Source: Candidatus Latescibacterota bacterium
GTDB taxonomy: Bacteria; Latescibacterota; UBA2968; UBA8231
Length of the DNA: 64,000 bases
NCBI GenBank assembly: GCA_965261395.1
Contig: OZ253462.1
Location: 2,208,001 to 2,272,000 of the forward strand
Direction: 5' to 3'
Below the pieces are notes generated by a model that saw only the letters and a program-made list of their open reading frames with translations, did no database searches and was not told the DNA's origin. Below, in pieces: positions 1 through 9,141 of this stretch; the stretch's first letter is position 1, and each line of letters opens with the position of its first letter. The position numbers were made by a program, and so were the translations under genes.

Positions 1-601
1 ACTCCTTGCGACTATCCCATTTGTCTTTTGTTATTGAATGGTCTATTCCTATGCCCATCCAAACATGTAATTGCTTCAACCGTACTATACGACTTTTTAG
101 TCTAATGAAACTAACATACATTCCGGTCTCACTTATTGTGTCTGGGCCTCCGTGTGAGAAGACGTCTATCTTCTGAGTTGGAGTTCTATTAAAAATTTTC
201 TCCCGGCCTAATTCGATAGCAAAGGGATCTCTTCCAATCTCAAGAGACCACCCGCCTATAGGACCGTAACCGTAACTATAGATATAGTCTCCTCTATTAG
301 CGGCGCTCAGAGTTGAGGCTCCACTTTCTATGCTAACGCCTATAAACACTCGGCGCTTCTTCCCTTGGCTGTGGTCTATCGCCTCGGTATTGTCTACCCT
401 TTCTGCCACTGCCTCAATTCCCTTATCGCCCGGTGTACTATCCTGGTGCGCCAATCCTGGGGAAGACGATTCTGCTTTACTAGCAGCCATCATCCCAGTC
501 TGTGTCATCTCGGCGTCTTCATGAGCCGTATCTGTGTGTGCATGGTTTACCATGGAGAGAAGCAAAATCACCGTAGCAAGAAAATCAAAGACGAGGCGCA
601 T
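1..601 (-). CDS. Partial (3' end outside window) secreted or outer-membrane hypothetical protein, lower GC
   Basis: Not in the ORF track because it runs off the edge. Manual translation from ATG at 601 (AGAAGGAG RBS upstream) gives MRLVFDFLATVILLLSMVNHAHTD..., open to base 1. It has a signal-peptide-like N-terminus and later amphipathic strand-like segments. Confidence 0.7.
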   Translation of the reverse strand, partial: MRLVFDFLATVILLLSMVNHAHTDTAHEDAEMTQTGMMAASKAESSSPGLAHQDSTPGDKGIEAVAERVDNTEAIDHSQGKKRRVFIGVSIESGASTLSAANRGDYIYSYGYGPIGGWSLEIGRDPFAIELGREKIFNRTPTQKIDVFSHGGPDTISETGMYVSFIRLKSRIVRLKQLHVWMGIGIDHSITKDKWDSRKE

Positions 602-711
602 AACTCTATCTCCTTCTGATAGCATGGCGTGATAGATCGGGACGATGCGGTCCCGTGTCTTTCTAGTATCACCGATTTTCTCCATAATATCAAATCAACT
701 TTGCACACTAA

Positions 712-731
712 GACTTAGTGCCCAGCCCTAC
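712..731 (-). repeat. REP-like (GTAG-class) hairpin
   Basis: Minus strand reads GTAGGGCTGGGCACTAAGTC and continues TTAGTG, giving a CACTAA/TTAGTG stem. The GTAGGG start is shared with the palindrome at 35164. Confidence 0.4.
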
Positions 732-820
732 ATCCAGTGTACGGCGCGAAGATTGTGAGCAACGAATCATGCCATCGAGTGCGGCCTCCTTTCCCGTATC
801 GCCTTCGACTTCGCTGATAT

Positions 821-838
821 ATATACATTCCACGCCAA
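821..838 (-). promoter_or_regulatory. Degenerate sigma-54 promoter (paralogous copy of 3490-3506)
   Basis: Minus strand TTGGCGTGGAATGTATAT aligns with TTGGCACGGAATGTGCAT. The -12 GC is changed to AT. Confidence 0.5.
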
Positions 839-854
839 CGATCACACTTCGCAC

Positions 855-893
855 AAAAAAGTCCTTCAGGAAGATCCTGAAGGACTAAAAAAA
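855..893 (-). terminator. Intrinsic terminator downstream of the sigma-54 activator gene
   Basis: Perfect 11-bp stem AGTCCTTCAGG-AAGAT-CCTGAAGGACT (860-886) with a T-tract after it on the minus strand. Confidence 0.7.
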
Positions 894-956
894 TAGAAGA
901 AAAAAATGAGATGTATGTTCTACACTTTGTTATCCCATTCGTCGTTACCCGTTATT

Positions 957-974
957 TGCACAATTTTTTGTTCA
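957..974. promoter_or_regulatory. Putative enhancer (UAS) palindrome, single copy
   Basis: TGCACAATTTTTTGTTCA, a 16/18 match to the palindrome repeated at 3629 and 3650. Confidence 0.55.
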
Positions 975-997
975 CCGGTATAACGTTGCATTTACGA

Positions 998-2104
998 CTA
1001 TGGCTTGGGCCGTTGTATCCCATACTTGCCCATCCGATAGCGCAACGTCTGCGCGCTCATACCCAACAAGCGCGCCGCACCCCGATCCCCTGAGACCATC
1101 CCATTCGTCTTCTCAAGCGCCGCAACCATGCGCTGCCTCTCATCCGCTCCCTTAGCCCTCGGCCGCTTCTCCTCTTGGCCCTCAGCTCCCGGTGCAACCG
1201 GCAAAGCCGACGCCGAAGACGACAACGCCAGCCCCACCTCTAACACCTCCGCCATCTCAATGCACTCCCCTTCGCACACAATCACCGCCCGCTGTATCCA
1301 GTGTGCCAACTCCCGCACATTCCCCGGCCAAGCATACCCCTGCAAATGTGCCAGTACCTCGTCGCTCAAACTCGGCTCCGGACGCTGCAACTTCTGAGCA
1401 TGCTGACGCAAAAAATGCGCCGCCAAAAGCGGTATATCCTCCCGTCGATCCCGCAGCGGCGGCACCACCAACGGAAACACATTCAAACGATAGTACAGAT
1501 CCTCCCGGAACGTCCCTTCCCGGACCGCCCGTTGCAAATCGCGGTTAGTCGCCGCAATGATTCGCACATCCACCGGGATCGACGCCTTGCCGCCGAGGCG
1601 CGTCAGACGATCCTCCTCCAAGATATGCAGCAACACCCGCTGCACTTCCAACGGCAAGTCGCCGATCTCATCGAGGAACAGCGTGCCCCCATGCGCCTGT
1701 TCAAAAAAGCCGCTGCGCCGCCCCACCGCGCCGGTGAAGGCACCCCTCTCGTGGCCGAACAGTTCGCTTTCGATCAGCCCAAGAGGTAGCGCACCACAAT
1801 TGACGGCGATGAAGGCTTGCGCGCGACGTGCGCTCTTGTGGTGGAGGGTCTGGGCGAGCACGCCCTTACCCACGCCGGTCTCGCCCAACACCAACACCCT
1901 CGTATTCGCCTTGGCCACCTGCTTCACTTGTTCCAAAAGCCGGGCAATGACCGGACTGTGGCTTAATACCTCCGAAGTTTGTTGCTTGTTTTTCTTATCA
2001 GCAGCCACCCCAACCGCCAAGCTAGTCCCTTCCCCCTCGGGTTGCCACACCCAATGCACCATTCGGCCTAGGCGTCCGTGGACAGCCCGGCCAGCATCGC
2101 CCAA
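998..2104 (-). CDS. Sigma-54-dependent Fis-family activator (bEBP); AAA+ and HTH intact, sensory N-terminus apparently missing
   Basis: Walker A GETGVGKG, ESELFGHERGAFTGA, Walker B LFLDEIG, FREDLYYRLNV, WPGNVREL and a C-terminal HTH. The start codon is uncertain. Confidence 0.9.
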   Translation of the reverse strand: MGDAGRAVHGRLGRMVHWVWQPEGEGTSLAVGVAADKKNKQQTSEVLSHSPVIARLLEQVKQVAKANTRVLVLGETGVGKGVLAQTLHHKSARRAQAFIAVNCGALPLGLIESELFGHERGAFTGAVGRRSGFFEQAHGGTLFLDEIGDLPLEVQRVLLHILEEDRLTRLGGKASIPVDVRIIAATNRDLQRAVREGTFREDLYYRLNVFPLVVPPLRDRREDIPLLAAHFLRQHAQKLQRPEPSLSDEVLAHLQGYAWPGNVRELAHWIQRAVIVCEGECIEMAEVLEVGLALSSSASALPVAPGAEGQEEKRPRAKGADERQRMVAALEKTNGMVSGDRGAARLLGMSAQTLRYRMGKYGIQRPKP

Positions 2105-2161
2105 TCAAGAGGGTGCCCACCCACCGCAGGATGGGCATCAGAGCAATCAGAGTCATACCCA

Positions 2162-3436
2162 TCATGGTCGTCTCCTTATTGAATGGGGCTCATCCGGCCT
2201 GGACGAGGATTCGATGGCCGTAGGCAGCTCAGATCGAGGCCACCGGTACAGCCCCTCGTAGGAGGGGATCCACAGATCACCCCGGCTATCGACGACCGGC
2301 GCACCCATGGCGCGGAACTCCTCATACGGGAACCCAATCCAAACGGCTCCCTCCAACACGCCCAAAGAGCGATCCTCTACCCCTGCATCCTCCGCCACCC
2401 CACAAAACTCATCCCAGCCCACCTCATCGCCCGTGCCAACCCGGTCGTAGCGCTTCCAAATCGCACCCTCCTTGACATACAACCCTTCCCCACAATCCAC
2501 CCACACCCGCCCCTCCCGATCCGCCAAGAGCATCCGGACGGCCAGCCGATACCACGTCCACTGCCGCCCATCAAAGGTCAGCAGCCGCGTCCAAGTCTTT
2601 TCTAGACCCCCCACCTCATCCAAGACTTGCCAAAAATGAGCAAGCGCCCACAGCGTGCCGGAGCGATCCACCGCGAGCTCGGTAACATACAAGTGGTCGA
2701 AGCGATCCTCGCGCTCGTCGATCCCTATATCAGCGAGGTCGTAGGTCCACCAATCCTGCCCGTCAAAGCGAGCCAACAGGTACCCGCCACCACTGCCGGT
2801 ACACCACACCTCCCCGTTGGGAGCCACCGCGTGGCGATACCCTCGCTCCTCAAACTGGTAGCGAGTCCAGCGCCGACCGTCGAACCGCGAAAGCCCGTTC
2901 AAACTCCCCGCCCACACCCGACCCGGCCCATCCACCGCCACCGAGCAGATCAGATCGTCGGCTAGGCCCTCCGCCTCGGTGAAGGTCGTCCAGCGCTGGC
3001 CATCAAAGCGGCTCAGACCCGCATCCGTCGCCACCCACACGTTGCCCGACCCGTCCGCCGCCACGTCCCAAATCTTGCCGGCATAGCTCGTCGCCGCGTG
3101 CCCGCCGGCCTCTGCACGAACCTCCACCTCCACCTCCGGCAGCCAAATGCCCATGCCCGTGCCGGTCACCGTCGAGCCCGGGGCCTCCACCGGCCTAGGC
3201 CGCCCCACCTCCACCACCATCGGCGTCCCGAGCGTGCGCGGCTGCGGGCCGTCCGGCGTGTACAGGGTCACCGGCCGGGTTCCGCGCCCGGCCAGCTCCG
3301 CAGGCCACGGCAACACCATCACCGGCCAGCCGCTCGACAGCCGCACGAGCTTGGGGTGCAACCGAACCGGATCTGCGGCATGGCGTACCCCGATCATGCG
3401 ATCGGCGTCCAATGGTTGCTCCATGAGTGACGTCAT
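2162..3436 (-). CDS. Two-component-regulator-type beta-propeller repeat protein
   Basis: Repeats IWDVAADGSGNVWVATDAGLSRFDG and ICSVAVDGPGRVWAGSLNGLSRFDG. Start moved to ATG 3436 because AAGGAGG lies just upstream and the sigma-54 promoter sits only about 10 nt from the ORF-track start at 3481. Confidence 0.75.
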   Translation of the reverse strand: MTSLMEQPLDADRMIGVRHAADPVRLHPKLVRLSSGWPVMVLPWPAELAGRGTRPVTLYTPDGPQPRTLGTPMVVEVGRPRPVEAPGSTVTGTGMGIWLPEVEVEVRAEAGGHAATSYAGKIWDVAADGSGNVWVATDAGLSRFDGQRWTTFTEAEGLADDLICSVAVDGPGRVWAGSLNGLSRFDGRRWTRYQFEERGYRHAVAPNGEVWCTGSGGGYLLARFDGQDWWTYDLADIGIDEREDRFDHLYVTELAVDRSGTLWALAHFWQVLDEVGGLEKTWTRLLTFDGRQWTWYRLAVRMLLADREGRVWVDCGEGLYVKEGAIWKRYDRVGTGDEVGWDEFCGVAEDAGVEDRSLGVLEGAVWIGFPYEEFRAMGAPVVDSRGDLWIPSYEGLYRWPRSELPTAIESSSRPDEPHSIRRRP

Positions 3437-3489
3437 ATAGTGCGGCCTCCTTGTCCGCATCGGCTTCCACTGCGCTGGCATGACCTATA

Positions 3490-3506
3490 TGCACATTCCG
3501 TGCCAA
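3490..3506 (-). promoter_or_regulatory. Sigma-54 (-24/-12) promoter
   Basis: Minus strand TTGGCACGGAATGTGCA has correct GG-N10-GC spacing and nearly matches the consensus TGGCACG-N4-TTGC. It lies about 55 nt upstream of an RBS-supported ATG. Confidence 0.85.
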
Positions 3507-3522
3507 CGAGCAGACCGCGCAC

Positions 3523-3560
3523 AAAAAAATCCTTCAAGAAGGCCCTAAAGGATTGAAAAA
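3523..3560 (-). terminator. Intrinsic terminator, paralog of 855-893
   Basis: Minus strand AATCCTTTAGG-GCCTT-CTTGAAGGATT followed by a T run. Differences from copy 1 preserve pairing through G-U or compensatory changes. Confidence 0.6.
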
Positions 3561-3628
3561 CATGAACTTTAGAAATATAGGAGGGATAGGTTCTACGCTT
3601 CGCCGCTCAGCCCTTGTTGCTCATCACT

Positions 3629-3667
3629 TGAACAACTTTTTGTTCATATTGAACAACTTTTTGTTCA
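3629..3667. promoter_or_regulatory. Tandem enhancer (UAS) palindromes
   Basis: TGAACAACTTTTTGTTCA occurs at 3629-3646 and 3650-3667 (21-bp period), about 125-160 bp upstream of the sigma-54 promoter. Confidence 0.75.
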
Positions 3668-3705
3668 TCGGGCCAGACTCTTGGCTACCGTGATAACGTT
3701 TGTAT

Positions 3706-5955
3706 TTACGACGACGACTTCGGCCGTTGTATCTCATACTTGCGCATCCGATACCGCAGCGTCTGCGCACTCATGCCCAACAAGCGCGCCGCACCTCGAT
3801 TCCCTGAAACCACCCAATTCGTCTTCTCAAGCGCCGCGATAATCTGCTGCTGCTCATCCTCGCCCTCAGCCCCCTGTTCAACCGGCGACGCAGATGCGGG
3901 CAGCGACAAAGCCAGCTCCGCCGCTCCCGCCGACAGCACATCTATCACCTTAATTCGCTCCCCCTCGCACACAATCACCGCTCGCTGCATCCGATGTGCC
4001 AATTCCCGCACATTCCCCGGCCAAGAGTGCGCCTGCAAATATTCCATAACCCCATCACCCAACGTCGGCACCGGGCGCTGGAACCGTAGGGCATAATGAC
4101 GCACAAAATGCGCCGCCAACATCGGAAGCACTGGAGTATCCGTCTCGGCCACCTGCTCCACCTTTTTCAAGACCCGGGTCACGACCGGATTTTGGCTGAG
4201 TAAACTTGAAATCCGTTGCTCGTCTGGGTCATCGGCGACCACCTGTACCTCCAAGCTAGCCACCTCCGACTCCAACTCATCCTGATCTTGGGTCCGCACC
4301 TCAAAGCGATATTCACCGACCGGCACGCCTCGGTACGACACCTTATCGTCAGGCGTGAGTTCACTCCATTGGGCCGCCGGATCATAGCCGACCAGCTGAT
4401 GACTGTAGCGCATCGGCGTCGCCCCGATTCCGAAACGGATGCCCTGGAAATGAATCGCGATCTCGGCCGTGCTCTCTGGATAGGACACGGCTTGGGACGA
4501 CTCCACAAGACGCCCCTCCACAACCTGACGGATCACAATAGCTGGAGGTGTACCGCGGGGCTGATACGCGACCAGCCCGGACTTCGTCCCAAACCACAGC
4601 CGACCTTGGCTATCGCACAGGATCGCCTCAACCGTATTGATAGGCACGAATTTACCCCGAAGGATGTGGCAGAAGGTTTGGCCATCGTAGTTCAAGATGT
4701 CCCCGCCGTTGGTCCCAATCCACAGCCGCCTCTGCCGGTCCGCCGCTAACGCCAGAATGCCATTGGCCGAAAGCCCACCTTGGTCCCCCGTAAACTGACG
4801 CACCTGCTTGGAGCGGTAGTCCACGGCAAAAAGGCCGTGAGCCGTCCCCACCCACAGCGTACCCTCATGCTCGCACAAGGCGTTCACATAAGAAACCGCT
4901 TCTAACCCGGCTATATCCAACGCCCGGAAATGGCCATCCTTATAAGAATACAACGCTGGCCTTTTTCCATGCGTACCGAACCAGAACACGCCCTCTTCAT
5001 CCTGTAGCAGGACGCGACAAGGATGGGACAACCGCCCCTCAAACGGGATGAAGCGATCTTCTTTGATCCAGCCAAAGCGTCCCTCGGACGTGCAGACGCT
5101 CATGCCCCCTACCCGATCTGGGCACAGCCCCGTGATTTCTTCGTGGCCGCCCTCGGCCACTTGGATCACTTGGGTTTCTTTACCCGTCCCCTTGCAGACC
5201 TGTCCGCTGGGACCACCTCTCCAGATGGCCCCCTTTAGATCCACCACCAGCGCCGAGACCGCCCGACCCTTCTCCACCGGGCGGAGCCGGTCGTCCGCCA
5301 AGCAGGCCAAGCCCCCCGCCGTGCCAATCCAGATCCGGCCTTCCCGGTCTTCTTCTAGACACCGGATCTCGCAGTTGAGAAGGCCATCGGCTTCCGTGTA
5401 GCGCTGGACGCGGACCGGATCGCAAAAAACCAGCCCGCCACCCCAAAGCCCCAACCAGATGTTCCCTTCGCAGTCCTCGTAGGTCAGGCGCGTATCCGCA
5501 AAGGGAAACCCCGGCAAGCCGACCGAGAACGAACGCCAGTCCTGCCCATCGTACACCAGCACCCCCCGGCGAGCTATCCACAGCCAGCCCCGTTGCCGGT
5601 CAGAACCCGCATCGCGCCGTCTGACTGCGGTTGCAAGCCCAAGATGTCGTTGCAGGGCAGGCCGTCTTCGATGGTATATACCTGAAAACTCCGTCCGTCG
5701 TAGGCGGCCAGTCCACCGCCGAGCGTCCCAAAGAGCAACCGCCCATCCGCGTCCTCGGCGATGGCCATTACCGTCCGGTGGGGCAGTCCTTCCGCCAGAC
5801 CAAAGGTATCGAAATGCGTCCCATCGAACCGGCTGACCCCACCATCGGCGGTGGCGATCCAGAGTAGCCCCCAGCGATCTTGGTAGATTGCTTCCACCTG
5901 CATCCCGGCCAGCCCATCATCAACGGTGTACCCATGCCACGAGGCGCGGACTCAC
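3706..5955 (-). pseudogene. Propeller/Y_Y_Y sensor fused to a sigma-54 activator; frameshifted, AAA+ core deleted
   Basis: GTG start at 5955 with GGAGG RBS. Frame changes near 5940 and 5585. The Y_Y_Y domain (YRGVPVGEYRFEVR) is followed by VAETDTPVL joined directly to PMLAAHFV, so Walker A, GAFTGA and Walker B are absent. WPGNVREL and the HTH remain. Confidence 0.85.
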
Positions 5956-6124
5956 GCTACGTCCCTCCAGATTATCGATCACTAGCAATGCGCAATGCGA
6001 TGGCGACGCCTACGATTAGATAGCACATTTGTCAGTTCATCTCAGTGCTCGGCTCAGGTGCGGTTTGGTTTATTTTTGCTTATTTATACAAAACGCCACT
6101 CCGACCCAAAACGCGAGGTAAGAC

Positions 6125-7729
6125 ATGTACGACCTGTTAATCCGCAACGCCCAGCTCCTCGACGGCAGCGGCCAGCCAGCTTTCCGCGGCGACATCGCCA
6201 TCGAGCAGGGCCGCATCGTGGCCATCGGCGACCTTGCTGCGGCCGAAGCGAGTCGCACCATCGACGCCGAGGGCCGCATCGCCTGCCCCGGCTTTATCGA
6301 CATCCACACGCATTCGGACCTGACCATCGCTCTCGACGGCCGCGCGCTCAGTTCCCTAACGCAGGGCATTACGACCCAAGTTATGGGCAACTGCGGAGTA
6401 TCGGCCGCGCCCACCCGCGACTACGAGCCGTACTACGGCCCGCTCGACCCGGCGATGACCCGTGGCTTGGCGTGCGACTGGACCCATTTCGGCGACTATT
6501 TCCAGCGGCTCGAAGCCAATGGATTGGGCACGAATACCGCGACCTTGGTCGGCCACGGCAACGTGCGCGTCGCCGCCATGGGCTACGACGACCGCCCGCC
6601 GACTGCGGCGGAAATGGAGCAGATGAAGGCACTCGTCGCCCGCGCGATGGAAGACGGCGCGATGGGGCTGTCGTCGGGCTTGGCGTACGCGCCCGGCCCG
6701 TATGCGGCGCTGGAAGAACTCATCGAGTTGGGGAAGGTCGTCTCTGAGTACGGCGGCATCTATACCTCGCACATCCGCAACCAGACCGAGTCGATTGCCC
6801 AAGCCGTCGGCGAGGTCATTGCCGTCGGCGAGCAAGCTGCGGTTACAGCCCACGTCTCGCACATGCAGCCTGGTGCGCCGATGATCGGCGCGACCCGCGA
6901 TCTGCTCGCGACCATCGACCAGAAGCGCCGCGAGGGCTGCGACATTAGCTGCGACGCCATTCCCTATACGGTCGGCAGCACCACCCTCAAGTCGCTGTTG
7001 CCCCCTTGGGCCTTGGCCGGTGGTGACGAGGCCCTGCTCCGGCGGCTACAAGACCCAGAGACCCGCGCCAAGATCGAGCAGGACACCATACAGCACGGGG
7101 CCGAGAGCGGCGGCAGCCGCAAGCGCAACTTGGCGCGGAATGGGCAATGGGACAAAATCTGGCTGGGCAGTGCCGAGCAAAACGCTGCCCTAGTCGGCTT
7201 GAGCTTTGCCGAGATCGGTCGGCGGCGCGGTCAGGACCCCCACGACGCGGTCTGCGACATCCTCGTCGAAGAGCGCGCGCGGCCGTGGATGCTGGCCGAG
7301 GACGTGTCTGAGGAGGACTTCCTCAACATCGCCCGCCACCCCACCGGCGGCGTCATCTCCGATGGCTTCTCGCTGGTACCCGAAGGCACTTTGGCCGAGG
7401 GCAAGCACCACCCCCGCTCCTATGGGGCCTTCCCCTACTTCCTGCGCCGCTTCGTCCGCGAGCAAGGCGCGCTGCGCTGGGAAGAGGCCATCCACAAGCT
7501 CACCGGGCACCCCGCCGCCCGCTTCCGCTTGAACGAGCGCGGCCTGTTGCGCGAAGGCTACTGGGCCGACTTGGTGGTCTTCGACCCCGCAGCCATTGGC
7601 GAGTGCGCCGACTTTGCCGACCCCTACCGCTATCCGCAGGGCATCGACTGCGTAATCGTCAATGGACAGATCGCCGTTGAACAAGGAGAAATAGCCGACA
7701 GTCGCGCCGGACAGATCATCCGGGCATGA
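6125..7729 (+). CDS. N-acyl-D-amino-acid deacylase (D-aminoacylase) family amidohydrolase
   Basis: PGFIDIHTHSD, QGITTQVMGNCG, YTSHIRN, HPRSYGAFP, GLLREGYWADLVVFD. Confidence 0.9.
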   Translation: MYDLLIRNAQLLDGSGQPAFRGDIAIEQGRIVAIGDLAAAEASRTIDAEGRIACPGFIDIHTHSDLTIALDGRALSSLTQGITTQVMGNCGVSAAPTRDYEPYYGPLDPAMTRGLACDWTHFGDYFQRLEANGLGTNTATLVGHGNVRVAAMGYDDRPPTAAEMEQMKALVARAMEDGAMGLSSGLAYAPGPYAALEELIELGKVVSEYGGIYTSHIRNQTESIAQAVGEVIAVGEQAAVTAHVSHMQPGAPMIGATRDLLATIDQKRREGCDISCDAIPYTVGSTTLKSLLPPWALAGGDEALLRRLQDPETRAKIEQDTIQHGAESGGSRKRNLARNGQWDKIWLGSAEQNAALVGLSFAEIGRRRGQDPHDAVCDILVEERARPWMLAEDVSEEDFLNIARHPTGGVISDGFSLVPEGTLAEGKHHPRSYGAFPYFLRRFVREQGALRWEEAIHKLTGHPAARFRLNERGLLREGYWADLVVFDPAAIGECADFADPYRYPQGIDCVIVNGQIAVEQGEIADSRAGQIIRA

Positions 7730-9003
7730 GCTATGCCCAACTAACGCGCTTCATGTTGCCCTTGGTGGTGACGGCGCTGGTACAAGAGCTCAGCGGCCAG
7801 TTCCTCAATGGCGGCATGGCGCGGATGCCGAAGGCAGTCGAAACGCTGGCCGCGTTTGGCTTGGCCTTTGGCTTGGCTTTGTTCCTCTCCGGCCCCCTGT
7901 CTCAGGTGCGGCAGCTCGGCTTGGTTCTCGTCGAGCACACCCAAGGCTACCGAGTCTGCTTCCGCTTCGTGTTGGCCGCTGGGCTGCTATTGGCTGGTAT
8001 CTTAGCCAGCTTGGCGCTGACGCCTTTGGGGACTTGGATCATCAACGATTTACACGGGGTCGATCCCGCACTCGGAGAGGCGGTGCGCTTGGCCCTGCTG
8101 TGGCTCGTTCCTTTCCCCGTCCTGCACGGGATGACGCGCTTTTACAGCGGCGAACTCATCCGCGTCCGCCGCACCGACATCCCCGCCTACGCCACCACCA
8201 CCGGAATCGCCCTCAGCATCCTCGCGGTCTTTGCGCTGCTGCCGCTCGGCTTTGTCCGCCAAACCCCCATTCTATTGCCGGTCCTCGCCACGTACACGGG
8301 TGCTCTCACCGAGCTTTGCGTGGTCGCGTGGGGGCGCTGGCGCTTGGTGCACTGGCCCGCGCCAGCCAACGCGCCGGTCCTGACCTACTTCTACGTCCTG
8401 CGCTTCTTCTGGCCCTTGGCACTGATCATGGCCGTGCAGGCTGGCACCCGGCCGCTGATCAACGTGTTCGTCGCCCGCAGCGCCGACGGCACCGAAGCGC
8501 TGGCCGTGCTGACCATCGTCTATGCGCTCGGCCACATCCCCTATGGCTGGCTCAACGAACTGCGCAACCTGCCGACGGCCTTCCGCCAAGAAGGGGATTT
8601 GGCCAAGATCCGCCGCTTCTGCTGGGGCTGTTGTCTGTTTTCCTGTGCGTGGATGTTGGCGCTGTTTTGGACGCCGGCTGTCAATTACATACTCGGCGCT
8701 TGGATCGGCATTGGCCCCGAATTGATCGCCGACTGCAAGACGCCGCTGCTACTCTTTACGGGCTTTCCCTTTGTCGTCAGCCTGCGCAGTTACTTCCACG
8801 GCATCGGCCTGCTCCAGCACCGCACCCAAGCCATGGCCCCGAGTGCTCCGTCGCGCGTAGCGACGGTCTTGCTGATGTTAGCCCTGCTGGCCAATTTCGA
8901 GCTCCACGGTGCGACCTTGGCCGTGGGTGCCTTAGTCAGCGGCCACACTGTGGAGGCCTTGGTCGTCTGGTGGAGCATTGGGCGCGGTCGGCGAGCCTCT
9001 TGA
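7726..9003 (+). CDS. ANKH-family (MATE/MOP-like) multi-pass membrane exporter
   Basis: About 11-12 hydrophobic segments. Motifs RFMLPL, AVETLAAFGLA, FFWPLALIMAVQ..RPLINVFVAR and YALGHIPYGWLNELR match my recollection of vertebrate ANKH. ATGA overlap with the upstream gene. Confidence 0.8.
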   Translation: MSYAQLTRFMLPLVVTALVQELSGQFLNGGMARMPKAVETLAAFGLAFGLALFLSGPLSQVRQLGLVLVEHTQGYRVCFRFVLAAGLLLAGILASLALTPLGTWIINDLHGVDPALGEAVRLALLWLVPFPVLHGMTRFYSGELIRVRRTDIPAYATTTGIALSILAVFALLPLGFVRQTPILLPVLATYTGALTELCVVAWGRWRLVHWPAPANAPVLTYFYVLRFFWPLALIMAVQAGTRPLINVFVARSADGTEALAVLTIVYALGHIPYGWLNELRNLPTAFRQEGDLAKIRRFCWGCCLFSCAWMLALFWTPAVNYILGAWIGIGPELIADCKTPLLLFTGFPFVVSLRSYFHGIGLLQHRTQAMAPSAPSRVATVLLMLALLANFELHGATLAVGALVSGHTVEALVVWWSIGRGRRAS

Positions 9004-9047
9004 CGCAGCTAGGTCTCTGTCCAACGTTCTATGCAGATTTTGCGGGT

Positions 9048-9072
9048 GGGCAACCACAGGGGTTGTCCTTAC
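9048..9072 (-). repeat. REP-like hairpin
   Basis: Minus strand GTAAGGACAACCCCTGTGGTTGCCC: a GTAG-like tetranucleotide plus a GGACAACC/GGTTGCCC stem, intergenic. Confidence 0.5.
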
Positions 9073-9141
9073 CAAATCTCTGTAGTCATGCCCTTACCAA
9101 ATTCCTGATCCAACCACACAACCCGGAAAGGGACGCCATCC

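Noticed and set aside
757-774. TGGCATGATTCGTTGC on the minus strand as a sigma-54 promoter
   Set aside because: Spacing is GG-N11-GC, whereas sigma-54 requires N10.
3629-3667. Direct repeat as a mini-CRISPR
   Set aside because: Only two 18-bp units with a 3-bp gap, no spacers and no cas genes. It fits an enhancer better.
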